A stretch of DNA of 54,892 nucleotides, taken from a candidate division CPR3 bacterium GWF2_35_18. Its GTDB lineage: Bacteria > Patescibacteriota > CPR3 > GWF2-35-18. The notes under the pieces were generated by a model. That model was not told the DNA's origin, made no database searches, and worked only from the letters and a program-made list of their open reading frames with translations. The stretch covers positions 153,630-208,521 of the forward strand of contig MESW01000008.1 in NCBI GenBank assembly GCA_001771135.1, given 5' to 3'. The translations under genes and the position numbers were made by a program. Numbering within the stretch: position 1 is the first letter of the stretch; every line of letters begins with the position of its first letter. Positions 9,235 to 18,057 of this stretch are shown here, piece after piece.

Positions 9235-9642
9235 TTACTCAAACTTCCATTCAATCGTGTCTAAAGATTTTGTAACATAATCATCCGCCCCAACTTCAGA
9301 CATTTTGCCATTCACATAAAAGATCCAATATTTATTATCAGTACCACCTTTAATTCCGTTAATTTCATTGACATACTCGCCAAAAGAAGATTGCTTGGTA
9401 ACAACGTTTTCTTTGCTTTTGAGTAGCTCTAAAGCATTTTTAGTATCTTCGCCTTGATAGATAACTGAATACGGATTAGCTTTTACTGTTTCTTCCTGCT
9501 TTTGTTCAGTTACTCCTTTGATTTCAGGATTATTCTGTTTATTCTGATAGGTTAATATTAAGAAACCAATGATCGTGATTGATGCAAAAACAGCAAGATA
9601 TTTGAGGATATTCGTAAAACTTGTTTTTTTGTTTTCTTCCAT
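9235..9642 (-). CDS. DUF4430 (transcobalamin-like) domain protein, membrane anchored
   Basis: N-terminal TM anchor. The C-terminal region GEYVNEINGIKGGTDNKYWIFYVNGKMSEVGADDY...IEWKF matches the DUF4430 pattern. SD AGGGGGTG upstream. Confidence 0.6.
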   Translation of the reverse strand: MEENKKTSFTNILKYLAVFASITIIGFLILTYQNKQNNPEIKGVTEQKQEETVKANPYSVIYQGEDTKNALELLKSKENVVTKQSSFGEYVNEINGIKGGTDNKYWIFYVNGKMSEVGADDYVTKSLDTIEWKFE

Positions 9643-9732
9643 AATTTTGATTCACCCCCTTTCAATTTATTAAAAGAACATTAGAAAGGAGGCTGTTTGA
9701 ATTTATCCCAGAAGATAATGCTTTTAAAACAG

Positions 9733-9905
9733 CAAAACCTCCATGAGTAGGAGGTTTTTGGGTCTCCCTTATGCTCGTAAGGATTTTGAAATTTGTAATT
9801 AGAAAGTTGGTTTTCTGACTTATCTCGCCGAAGCTTTTTTAGCGAAGGCGGACTCTACAGTTGCGGCACAGTGAAGGATTTTCACCCTACTTACCCAAAC
9901 TTTCT
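9733..9905 (-). promoter_or_regulatory. Cobalamin (B12) riboswitch with intrinsic terminator
   Basis: The minus strand reads AGTAGGGTGAAAATCCTTCACTGTGCCGCAACTGTAGAG...AAGTCAGAAAACC, matching conserved cobalamin-riboswitch core elements (GGTGAAAATCC, GCCGCAACTGTA, AAGTCAG-A-AC). Next comes the hairpin AAACCTCC-TACTCAT-GGAGGTTT plus a T-tract. A possible promoter, TTGACA-N17-TATACC, lies at 9958-9930. Confidence 0.65.
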
Positions 9906-10058
9906 TTGAGATTTTTAACTTGCAACTTAGGTATATGAGAATTTTCTAAAATTGTCAATGGGATATTGAAAAAGGTTGCAGGAAAAAGATTAAAGATAAA
10001 AATAATATTTCTACTTTAAATTTCATTCGAGTATAATTATTCGAAGGAGGATTTAATT

Positions 10059-10478
10059 ATGAAAAAATTGTGGAAGTGTCCAAGATGCAAACGTGAATTT
10101 GCTAAAGAAAATCAAACTCATTCCTGTAGAGTGTATCCATTGGAAGAACATTTCAAAAATAAAGATTACGCTAAATCGGTTTTTGAATATTTAAAAGGAA
10201 AAATTGAAAAAGAGGTTGGAAAATTAAAAATTGAATCACTCCCCTGCTGTATTCATCTGGTGAGTAATTATACCTTTGGAGCAGTATGGGCTATGAAAGA
10301 TGGAATCAGGATTGATTTTCGAGTAGACCATGAAATTAAGACCAAGAAGATTTACAAGATGGTAAGAATGTCTGCCAATCGTTTTCTCTATTATTTTGAT
10401 ATCAAAGATAAAAGTGAAATAGATACGGAGATTATGAACGGAATTAGGGAAGCATATTCATTGAATCTTAAAAATTGA
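10059..10478 (+). CDS. Hypothetical Zn-ribbon protein (possibly DUF5655-like)
   Basis: Good SD (GAAGGAGG). N-terminal CPRC...NQTHSC motif. No catalytic motif recognised. Confidence 0.35.
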   Translation: MKKLWKCPRCKREFAKENQTHSCRVYPLEEHFKNKDYAKSVFEYLKGKIEKEVGKLKIESLPCCIHLVSNYTFGAVWAMKDGIRIDFRVDHEIKTKKIYKMVRMSANRFLYYFDIKDKSEIDTEIMNGIREAYSLNLKN

Positions 10479-10482
10479 AAGA

Positions 10483-11193
10483 TTAACCTTTAGATAACTT
10501 TTCGACAATTTTTTCGGCTTCAAAGGCTTTGCCTGTTGGAATTGGTATTCTGACCGTATATTCATTATTCCCGTCTATCGCAGTAATCACAATATACTTT
10601 CCCTTTTTGCTTTCATATAGATTTGCCGAGGTTAATTTATTTCCCAAAAAGTTCCAGGCATACAACTTTCCTCCCAGAATAATGCCATTTTTTCCCAACC
10701 ACACCTCTTTCTTATTTTGATGTAACTCCCTTTTTGTAAATATAATCGATAACCAGGCAATACTTCCAATCAAAATAATTAGTCCTCCCATAATACAGGT
10801 AACGATTATGCCGTTTTTTACATCAAAAAGCGGAGCCAGTATACCAACGCAAGTTGCAAATCCGGCGGTAATAAGTAAGAGCATTTTCTTCTCAATTGTA
10901 GATTTTTCGATCTCTTCTTCCACAAAAATATGCCACTCGGAATTAGAATATTTCCAATGTGCCAGAAGTTTGTCGCCGTTTTTAATTTTGTCTTGGATTT
11001 TTCCAAGTTCATAGAATATAAAAGTCGAGACCATAGTAAAGAGACAGAAAAACAGACTTAAGACAGAGAACGCAAAACCTCCATCAAAACCATCGATACC
11101 AAAAATAGGGGGAATGAAAATTCCGATTCCGAATATGGAAGTAAGAATCAGAAAAATAGCAGCGATTTTACGATTGGTATTAACCTTTTGCAT
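10483..11193 (-). CDS. Hypothetical membrane protein (4 TM plus soluble C-terminal domain)
   Basis: Long ORF with clear hydrophobic segments. No recognisable family. Confidence 0.45.
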   Translation of the reverse strand: MQKVNTNRKIAAIFLILTSIFGIGIFIPPIFGIDGFDGGFAFSVLSLFFCLFTMVSTFIFYELGKIQDKIKNGDKLLAHWKYSNSEWHIFVEEEIEKSTIEKKMLLLITAGFATCVGILAPLFDVKNGIIVTCIMGGLIILIGSIAWLSIIFTKRELHQNKKEVWLGKNGIILGGKLYAWNFLGNKLTSANLYESKKGKYIVITAIDGNNEYTVRIPIPTGKAFEAEKIVEKLSKG

Positions 11194-11264
11194 GAGTGAG
11201 ACAGCTTTTTAATCTTTTATTAATATACCCCAGTTTTTAGATTTTGGCTATATATTTGAAAATT

Positions 11265-12428
11265 TTAGAGATGCTGTTTTAGATTTGTGATTTGATACAT
11301 AAGTAGTGTATTCGAAAAAAGAATTAGGACAAAAATGATAATAAGGGCATCACTTCCCAAGAATATACCACCTAAAATGGCTATAAATGAAGCTCCCATA
11401 GTCGTAACAATATTATCAATAGCAACTCCGGTAATTGCGTCCGCAATTCTTCCCTGTGGGTGGACGGTAAGATGGTGAATGACAATCATTTCTCCCAAGC
11501 ATCCAATAAATGCCGTGGCAATACCGGTTAAGACATAAGGAAAATGAGTCAACTCTGAAAATACTCTCATGGTTTCAACCAGGCTTTCTGCGGCAAGTAG
11601 AATGATTATTCCGGCCCCAATCAATTCAAGCCAAATGAGTAGTGTATGAGAATGAAGATATGGATTTCCTTCCTCTGAAACAGGTTCACTTTGATGATTT
11701 TTTCGAAACATATATAAAATTAAAAGGCTTAAGAGTAGAATGACGATCCCGATCGGTCTGGAAAGTTGATATAAAGTTCCGGAAAAAAAGTTTTCAATAT
11801 CGGAAACTTTGCCAAAAAGTACCATGCTCAAAGCAACCATGGTTGTGAGTAAAGATAAAAAAGTAAGAATTGTTAGCGAAGATTCAATCGCTGTAAGTGG
11901 AGGTTTGACTTTGTGTTGAGAAAAAGGTTTAACATTTGCCCCGTTTTTAAGGAATGGAAACATGGGGATTATTTTATTTTTTCGATTAGCTATATTCTGA
12001 CGTAGTAGACAGTAGGCTGCATGTAAGATGTTATAAATATTTGAACCAAAAGTGGTGCTGGCAGCGATAATTGCCAGATTTATCGCCAATGTTTTATCGG
12101 TTGCCGCTGCTTTTAAACTGAGTAAAGCCGAAACAACTCCGATTACCATGTCCGGAAAAGCAGTTCCCAATGCTTGTAAAAGTCCACCTGCTAGACCGGT
12201 TCGATCTTTTAGAATTCCTGTTGATTGTGAAATGATTTCCGCCGTTCCTCGGATTAAATAGATTCCAGCGATGAATATAATAATAATCGTGAATATCTGC
12301 AGAATCAGGTTTTCATGATGTAATAAAGGAAGCAAGAGAAAACGAACAGTTAAACCGATTGAAAGATATAGATAGATTTTATTGATTTTCATATTAAGTA
12401 TTATGTGCTTTCTTGGTTCTATCTTCAA
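11265..12428 (-). CDS. Sodium/calcium exchanger-like (CaCA superfamily) membrane protein
   Basis: Multi-TM protein with alpha-repeat-like motifs GTAFPDMVIGVVSAL/GSNIYNIL and GEMIVIH...GVAIDNIVTTMG. The ORF-track start is TTG; an alternative ATG lies at 12392. Confidence 0.55.
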   Translation of the reverse strand: MKIEPRKHIILNMKINKIYLYLSIGLTVRFLLLPLLHHENLILQIFTIIIIFIAGIYLIRGTAEIISQSTGILKDRTGLAGGLLQALGTAFPDMVIGVVSALLSLKAAATDKTLAINLAIIAASTTFGSNIYNILHAAYCLLRQNIANRKNKIIPMFPFLKNGANVKPFSQHKVKPPLTAIESSLTILTFLSLLTTMVALSMVLFGKVSDIENFFSGTLYQLSRPIGIVILLLSLLILYMFRKNHQSEPVSEEGNPYLHSHTLLIWLELIGAGIIILLAAESLVETMRVFSELTHFPYVLTGIATAFIGCLGEMIVIHHLTVHPQGRIADAITGVAIDNIVTTMGASFIAILGGIFLGSDALIIIFVLILFSNTLLMYQITNLKQHL

Positions 12429-12560
12429 GTAAATTTAAGACAGAATGAAGAAAGGAAAGAAAGCAGCAGCATGTAGGGTACATAGTGGTGCGTTCTTTCC
12501 GCAGTCTCTCTTTCCTCTCTTCGATTTTCTTACGGGTCGTAATTTAAATGTTTACTCCTT

Positions 12561-15500
12561 CTAGTGTTCTTTTAGGATAATTGGCAAGAAAATCTGGTCG
12601 TAATCTGGAGTTGGTTTTTCCAGTACGTGCAAGACCGCTTCAGCAGAAACAGGGTCAGCATTGGTAGCCGTGACGGTCACCGTGTTGGTGAGCGTATCGG
12701 TTGTAATTGCCGTCGTTGCGAAGCTGAAGGTGATCGATTGCTCGACAGACAAGAACCCTGTCCAGTTGATGGTGCCAGAAATCTCTTCGGCGCCGTTCTG
12801 GACGAGCCAGGAGTCGAATTGCAATCCGGCCGGCAGGGCGTCGGTCAAGACCACGCCCGTGGCGATGGTACCGATTGCCAGGTTGGTGACGGTGATGGTG
12901 TAGACGGCGCTGTCGCCGACGAATACTTCGGTAGGCGTCACATCCATCGTGACGGTCAGATTTGTGGAAGGCTCAACTGGCGGCGGGACCGTGCCAATCA
13001 AATCAACAGACCACACATGAGTGTAGCCATTTTTGGTCAGGCCAGCAAAGTAGCCAGTTTCACCATCCTTCCAGAAGATCGGACTGCTCGCTGAGCCGCC
13101 TGGATCAAGTTCACCTGAGTCGAAGTTGATTTGTCCATCTGTTGAATTGAAAAGATGGAAATGACTGAAGTAACTGAGGTCTGAGCATGTGTGCCCTGTG
13201 CAAATAGGTGCGTTGGCGCCGCCGTACACATCGGTATACATAATCCAGACTTCATTTCCATTCAAGTCCAATGCCACCTGTCGTGGGTCATCGTTATAAT
13301 GGTCAACTGGAACTAAAATGTATCCTTCTGGAGTAATGGCCATATTGTCAGAGATTGTATCGTTAGCGTCATACGTCCAGATCACCTGGCCATTAAGAGC
13401 GTCTAGGCGGTAGACTCGCCCTAATCCATCTGCCGTGAAAACAGAGTTACCGTATAGCAGTGGCATATCTCCCATGACCGAGTAAAAGTCGCCATCGTCC
13501 TCCCATATCAATTCGCCAGTTTGAGAATTGAGGGCAAGAACTGCTCCGTTACAGCCACTACAATCTGTAGTGACATAAAGAATTCCATCTTTTACAGACG
13601 GAGCAAAATCGAAGATATGACGACCATCGTTATAGTGCCAGACAGTTTCGCCAGTCAATGGATCTAGGGCATAAAGGCCACTGTTACGAACAGGCACGTA
13701 TAACAGATTGTCTGCCATAGTCATAGTCATGGCCGCGTCATATTCTTCTAAGTCGCGACGCTGCCAGATGATAGGATTGGGGAACTTATCAGGATGAGCC
13801 GCCATGACATAATCAATGGTGTAAGCCCACCCATAGTTATCGCCAAAATAGGCTAGCGTTCCATTGATTACCGGCGTACGGTCGGCGAAGATGCCGATAT
13901 CGTGGCCAGTAGTACAACTGACTGTCCAAACAGGTGTGCCTGTCAAAGCATCCACAGCATAAGTTGTCCCTCCACCAAATGGACCTTGTTTACAACTTGG
14001 TCCACTGCTGACAGTTCTAGTAGCATCCCCAATGATCAAGATAGCACGACCATCTGGCATGTATGCCAGTGCCGGCGTGGCGTCCACGTTGGCGCCGCCG
14101 GTTCGTTCAGACCAGAGGAGCTGAATGCTGGATGGATCGATTTCACTTTCACTGTAACCGGTATGGGCAGCATCTCGCTGGGCCTGTGGCCATTGGGATT
14201 CTGTCACATTCGTGGATACCACGATCTGTGGACCCCAGGACTCAACTTCCTGCCCGGCGTCATCTACTGCCGTGATGGTAGTGGTATACAACGCTGTGTT
14301 GGTGAAGACATTCATCGGTAGCTGAATCGTAGTGCTCATCCAGTCAGTTCCGGACAAAGGATAGGTTTCGCTCAAAACGCGGTTAAGCCAGACTTCGAGT
14401 GTTGCGGTAACGATTTGATGGTCGTCGCGAATGTAGGCGCCGATTTCAATAGTTCCGCCGGCAGGCGTCAACCATTGATCAGGAGTTGCACCACTGACCC
14501 ATGGAGCCGTATCACACCCAGCTCCGAGCACAGCCCGGCAGGGGTCGATCTGACCGTAACCGGTCGCAGGATCGAAACCAGGTTCGCCCAAGTCTTTGAC
14601 GGTAGAAGTGATGACCATCGTGACATCAGCAATCGTCCGGCTGGGATCTTGCTCGATCAGCATTGCGGCGAGCGCGGCGACCTGAGGAGTGGCTGGGCTT
14701 GTACCAGTGACACCAGCGTATTCGTTGCCGGGCACAGGACCGACGATGAGACGATCCCAATTCGGATCACCTGACTGATGATCGCCGCCAGGCGCCATGA
14801 CAAAGTTACCGTCATAACCCCACGTTGAATAGTAAGCCCTGTCAATGCTGTACTTGTTCGCCGTAGCTCCGACTACCACGCCACGAGAATCGCAGGCCGC
14901 CGGATAGTGAAGCTCGTCGAGACCGCTGTTACCGGCGCTAAAATACATAGCAACACCGGCGTCCAGCGTGGCCGAGACTTGGTTACAGAGCGGTTGAGAA
15001 AACCAGGTGCTACCAAGGCTGATAGAAGCGACAGAAACACCTTGATCAACCAGCCATTGCATGCCCTGGATGACATCAGAGTCAGAACATCCAACATTGT
15101 CGCAGGCCTTGGCCATGAACAGGTTGGTTGACCAGTTGAAACCAGTCACGCCTAAACCATTGTTACCAACGGCGCCAGAGATACCGCTCATTAGCGTGCC
15201 ATGCCCATTGTCGTCGTACGGATCGCCGTACGATAAAGTGGTGGTATAAGCAACCACGTTGGCTGCCAGGTCTTCGTGGTCCCAGGCAATGCCGGTATCC
15301 ACGAAGCCGATCGTGACATCAACCGTACCGGTGATTGTTTCCCAAATCCTCGGAAGCTGCAATTGCTGCAGATTCCACTGTTCTTGGTAAATGGGGTCAT
15401 TCGGCGTGACGACAGTCATAATATCCACTGGGCGGATGTAGTCCAGCGCGGCTGAATAACCTTTACGTTTTAGTTCGGCCACGAGGGTTTCTTCTTGACC

Positions 15501-15908
15501 TTCTTGAACCTGCAGCAGTGTTACGTTAGACGTCAATATCTTGGCCGATTGGATTTGAGGCAAGTCTTCGACACGCAGAACAGTATTGCTGGCCTGAACA
15601 ATCACATGGCCGAGTACGTATTCTGTCGAAGTTGGTTCTGCCGCCGGCGTATCGCCGCGTATTAGCGCCAGACATTGATCCCATTGGTCATCATCAATAG
15701 CTGGGTTACGGCCGAACGTAGTGAAGGTTTCGCCATTGATATTTTCTTGGTTGAGTTTCTCTTCGCAAACGGTGCCATCGGCCAGAATTTGAGGTTGGTA
15801 GGAGTTAGGTTGATATTGTTGAGGCGCAGAGGCCTGGGCTGAACTGCTCAGATTACCGAGCAATACCGCCAAAATTAACAGGATATTGATAAACTTGGTG
15901 GGATTCAT
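12561..15908 (-). CDS. Secreted subtilisin-like (S8) serine protease fused to a PQQ/BamB-like beta-propeller and a C-terminal DUF11 repeat domain; GC-rich foreign gene
   Basis: Signal peptide MNPTKFINILLILAVLLGNLSSSAQA. Catalytic triad motifs DTGIAWDHEDL, HGTLMSG and GTSPATPQVAA. Repeated G..VW beta-propeller blades. DUF11-like TVTNLAIG...LTDALPAGL. SD AGAGGA lies upstream. Confidence 0.85.
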   Translation of the reverse strand: MNPTKFINILLILAVLLGNLSSSAQASAPQQYQPNSYQPQILADGTVCEEKLNQENINGETFTTFGRNPAIDDDQWDQCLALIRGDTPAAEPTSTEYVLGHVIVQASNTVLRVEDLPQIQSAKILTSNVTLLQVQEGQEETLVAELKRKGYSAALDYIRPVDIMTVVTPNDPIYQEQWNLQQLQLPRIWETITGTVDVTIGFVDTGIAWDHEDLAANVVAYTTTLSYGDPYDDNGHGTLMSGISGAVGNNGLGVTGFNWSTNLFMAKACDNVGCSDSDVIQGMQWLVDQGVSVASISLGSTWFSQPLCNQVSATLDAGVAMYFSAGNSGLDELHYPAACDSRGVVVGATANKYSIDRAYYSTWGYDGNFVMAPGGDHQSGDPNWDRLIVGPVPGNEYAGVTGTSPATPQVAALAAMLIEQDPSRTIADVTMVITSTVKDLGEPGFDPATGYGQIDPCRAVLGAGCDTAPWVSGATPDQWLTPAGGTIEIGAYIRDDHQIVTATLEVWLNRVLSETYPLSGTDWMSTTIQLPMNVFTNTALYTTTITAVDDAGQEVESWGPQIVVSTNVTESQWPQAQRDAAHTGYSESEIDPSSIQLLWSERTGGANVDATPALAYMPDGRAILIIGDATRTVSSGPSCKQGPFGGGTTYAVDALTGTPVWTVSCTTGHDIGIFADRTPVINGTLAYFGDNYGWAYTIDYVMAAHPDKFPNPIIWQRRDLEEYDAAMTMTMADNLLYVPVRNSGLYALDPLTGETVWHYNDGRHIFDFAPSVKDGILYVTTDCSGCNGAVLALNSQTGELIWEDDGDFYSVMGDMPLLYGNSVFTADGLGRVYRLDALNGQVIWTYDANDTISDNMAITPEGYILVPVDHYNDDPRQVALDLNGNEVWIMYTDVYGGANAPICTGHTCSDLSYFSHFHLFNSTDGQINFDSGELDPGGSASSPIFWKDGETGYFAGLTKNGYTHVWSVDLIGTVPPPVEPSTNLTVTMDVTPTEVFVGDSAVYTITVTNLAIGTIATGVVLTDALPAGLQFDSWLVQNGAEEISGTINWTGFLSVEQSITFSFATTAITTDTLTNTVTVTATNADPVSAEAVLHVLEKPTPDYDQIFLPIILKEH

Positions 15909-15941
15909 CTCTAATTCCTCTTTAGATTGACTAGAATATGT

Positions 15942-16090
15942 TTTGTCTGGTTATTTTCGGCTTTATGTTGGTTAGCAGTTTGTATTTTTCGATATTTGTC
16001 TCCTTTTGAGATATAATTTTTTGTCTCTGAATAGAAAAATCTCCAGGACAAAGATCTCTATCTAAATACAAATTTTTATATTCAGACAAA
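15942..16090. promoter_or_regulatory. Cluster of TTTGTCT heptamers in the protease upstream region
   Basis: TTTGTCT at 15942, 15995 and 16020 on the plus strand. Reverse-oriented copies lie at 16084-16090 (perfect) and about 16046-16054 (one mismatch). Two copies form an imperfect long inverted repeat: TTTGTCTCTGAATA ... TATTCAGACAAA. Confidence 0.35.
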
Positions 16091-16278
16091 GGTCTTTATC
16101 GAGGAGTATAAAGATATAAAGTGCAAATATTGCCTCAAAAGTGAGGTCAACGTATTATAACAGTTTGCGCTTTATAGTCAAATATTATAGGATTAAAAAT
16201 AGAAATTAATTAAAGAATTTCTCGATCATGTGAAACATTTTAAAAAGGGTATTTTAGAGCTGATGATATAATAGCAGT

Positions 16279-16842
16279 ATGACAAGCAACAAAAAAGCAT
16301 CATTAAAGCTAGTTATTAAAAAAGGAATAAATTTAACAGAACAAGAATTATCCCAAATAAAAAAGGACATACTGAGAGAATTTAAAATTGCTTTTAATAT
16401 GGATGATCAAGCAAAAGAAAAATTATTTTTCCTTCTTAAACAAGAAAATGCAATTTTGGCAATGGGTTCATTATGGGAAGTCAAACCAGTAATTTTTAAT
16501 GGAGAAAACTTTTCGATATATGGAGTACTTAATGTTATCGCCAATATAAAAGGAAAAGGATACGGAAAACGCATTGTAACCTCTATGATAAAATATCTTG
16601 TTTTCCACAATAAGACCGCGTTTGGGTTTTGTATGCCTCAAAATTCGGGATTTTATGAAAAATGTGGATTTACTATTGATACTGTTTCAACTAAACGGTT
16701 TGTGTATACAAAAGGCAAGGAAAGAATTACGAATCAAGACGGTCAAGTTATATTTTATCAAGACGCATCAGATCATTTCATGGAAAAAGTTTTAGCCTTC
16801 CCCGATCGAAAAGTATCAATTCCAACAGCAAGTCTTTGGTAG
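16279..16842 (+). CDS. GNAT family N-acetyltransferase
   Basis: 187 aa with an acetyl-CoA-binding motif IKGKGYGKRIV (R/Q-x-x-G-x-G/A) and a C-terminal FYEKCGF. Confidence 0.65.
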   Translation: MTSNKKASLKLVIKKGINLTEQELSQIKKDILREFKIAFNMDDQAKEKLFFLLKQENAILAMGSLWEVKPVIFNGENFSIYGVLNVIANIKGKGYGKRIVTSMIKYLVFHNKTAFGFCMPQNSGFYEKCGFTIDTVSTKRFVYTKGKERITNQDGQVIFYQDASDHFMEKVLAFPDRKVSIPTASLW

Positions 16843-17036
16843 ACAATTTATTCTGTTCTATCAAATTGATGTGGATATAAAAATGAAGCAAATAGTACCA
16901 GTTTGGAACCAATTATACAATACATTGGTCCAATGGTCTAAAATCATTCAATCATGGGATGATACTTCTCTACAGCCTAGCTTAGGCATTGCTTACTCTA
17001 ACAATCTCTAACTACTACTATACAATAGCATTATGG

Positions 17037-17114
17037 AATACAAGAATACTAGGTTCAAATTATTGACGGTTATGTAATACAAGAATACTAGGTTCAAATT
17101 ATTGACGGTTATGT
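17037..17114. repeat. Perfect tandem duplication, 2 x 39 bp (AATACAAGAATACTAGGTTCAAATTATTGACGGTTATGT)
   Basis: Read directly: 17037-17075 is identical to 17076-17114. It lies in a 518-bp non-coding region at the left end of the element. Confidence 0.95.
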
Positions 17115-17360
17115 TAAAATGTTTTTATAAATCGCAGAAGCGATATTCCTGAAAGGAGGTCTATTTTGACCAAACTTTTGAATATCGTATGTCCATACAC
17201 TATTAGGTAATGGTAATCTTTGGTTAGAGACTTGGCTTATTAATCGAAGCCCTCCAACTAGGTGTTATGGAGTAAAATAGTGAAAAAACTATTATAGGGG
17301 GGAGAAATCTATAACTGTCCAAGTAATAGCGAAATAGAGAAATCACTCCCCCGTGCGATT

Positions 17361-18023
17361 TTAAATCTTTACTGTCTCAATCTCTCCACACTCCAAGCAT
17401 TCTTTGATAAAGTAGATCGTTCCGTCATGGGCTTTGGTTTTCTTTTCGTCAACCTTAAATGAATTACACTTTGAGCATTTAAATGGTTTAACAGATTTAC
17501 TATCTTTATAGAATTCTCCGTTATCAAAATAGAAAGCTCTATAGCATTTGTTGATGCATTCATAGAAAAAGATAACCCTATCAGGCTTTTTGAGATCTAG
17601 ATGTAGATGCTTGAATTTAGGAATTGATCTCTCACCACAGGTAGAACAGTTTACTTTAGGAGGTCTTGCTTTCTGAATAAGCATATCTCTCTTTTTATCT
17701 CGTTCCATCCATTCTTTAATTCGGATTTCCTTATTTTCTTTCTGTTCTTTTTGGGTACATTGCTTCCAAACAAGACCAGTTAGAAAATTGGTAAATTGAC
17801 AAAGATTAAGTACTTCTGAATAAGTAATATCAGTGTCCTTCTTTCCTTGCTCTGTATAAATTTTAGATAAGGATTTTCGAGCTACTTTCAGTTCTTCGTC
17901 ACTGATACTTAATTGATCTGTTACTTGTTTTATACGTTCCAATTCTTTTTGACAGATATCATTATAAAGATTTTCGTAATAGGATCTGTTTCGAAGTTCA
18001 GGACCACCGATGATTTCAATCAT
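17361..18023 (-). CDS. Hypothetical protein with two C-terminal CxxC...CxxC zinc ribbons
   Basis: 220 aa with a helical N-terminal half, then CSTC...CINKC and CSKC...CLEC. Divergent from the Rep-like gene across only a 34-bp gap. Confidence 0.45.
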   Translation of the reverse strand: MIEIIGGPELRNRSYYENLYNDICQKELERIKQVTDQLSISDEELKVARKSLSKIYTEQGKKDTDITYSEVLNLCQFTNFLTGLVWKQCTQKEQKENKEIRIKEWMERDKKRDMLIQKARPPKVNCSTCGERSIPKFKHLHLDLKKPDRVIFFYECINKCYRAFYFDNGEFYKDSKSVKPFKCSKCNSFKVDEKKTKAHDGTIYFIKECLECGEIETVKI

Positions 18024-18057
18024 AATTTTATGTTACTAAATATAAGGGTAAAAATAA

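Noticed and set aside
11223-11256. A possible fourth copy of the TATACCC-type inverted repeat (ATATACCCCAG-N10-TTGGCTATATAT).
   Set aside because: The arms match at only about 7 of 11 positions and the spacer is different, so it cannot be distinguished from AT-rich background.
12627-15400. About a dozen 60-155-aa ORFs on both strands inside the protease gene (for example 12627-13094+, 13902-14321+, 14415-14774+, 15191-15400-).
   Set aside because: All are nested in, or antisense to, a 1115-aa ORF with clear S8, beta-propeller and DUF11 motifs. Long shadow ORFs are expected in GC-rich DNA, and their translations are Arg/Gly/Pro-rich nonsense.
12429-16278. Transposon or IS-mediated insertion of the GC-rich gene.
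   Set aside because: I found no transposase or integrase ORF, no terminal inverted repeats and no target-site duplication in either flank. The mechanism therefore remains open, and misassembly is not excluded.
16884-17012. 42-aa ORF (MKQIVPVWNQLYNTLVQWSKIIQSWDD...) in the non-coding region at the left end of the element.
   Set aside because: It has no SD sequence, no recognisable motif, and is short enough to occur by chance. It is not reported as a gene.
17037-17114. The tandem 39-bp repeat as a possible mini-CRISPR array.
   Set aside because: The two units are directly adjacent with no spacer, there are only two copies, there is no internal palindrome typical of CRISPR repeats, and no cas genes occur in the window.
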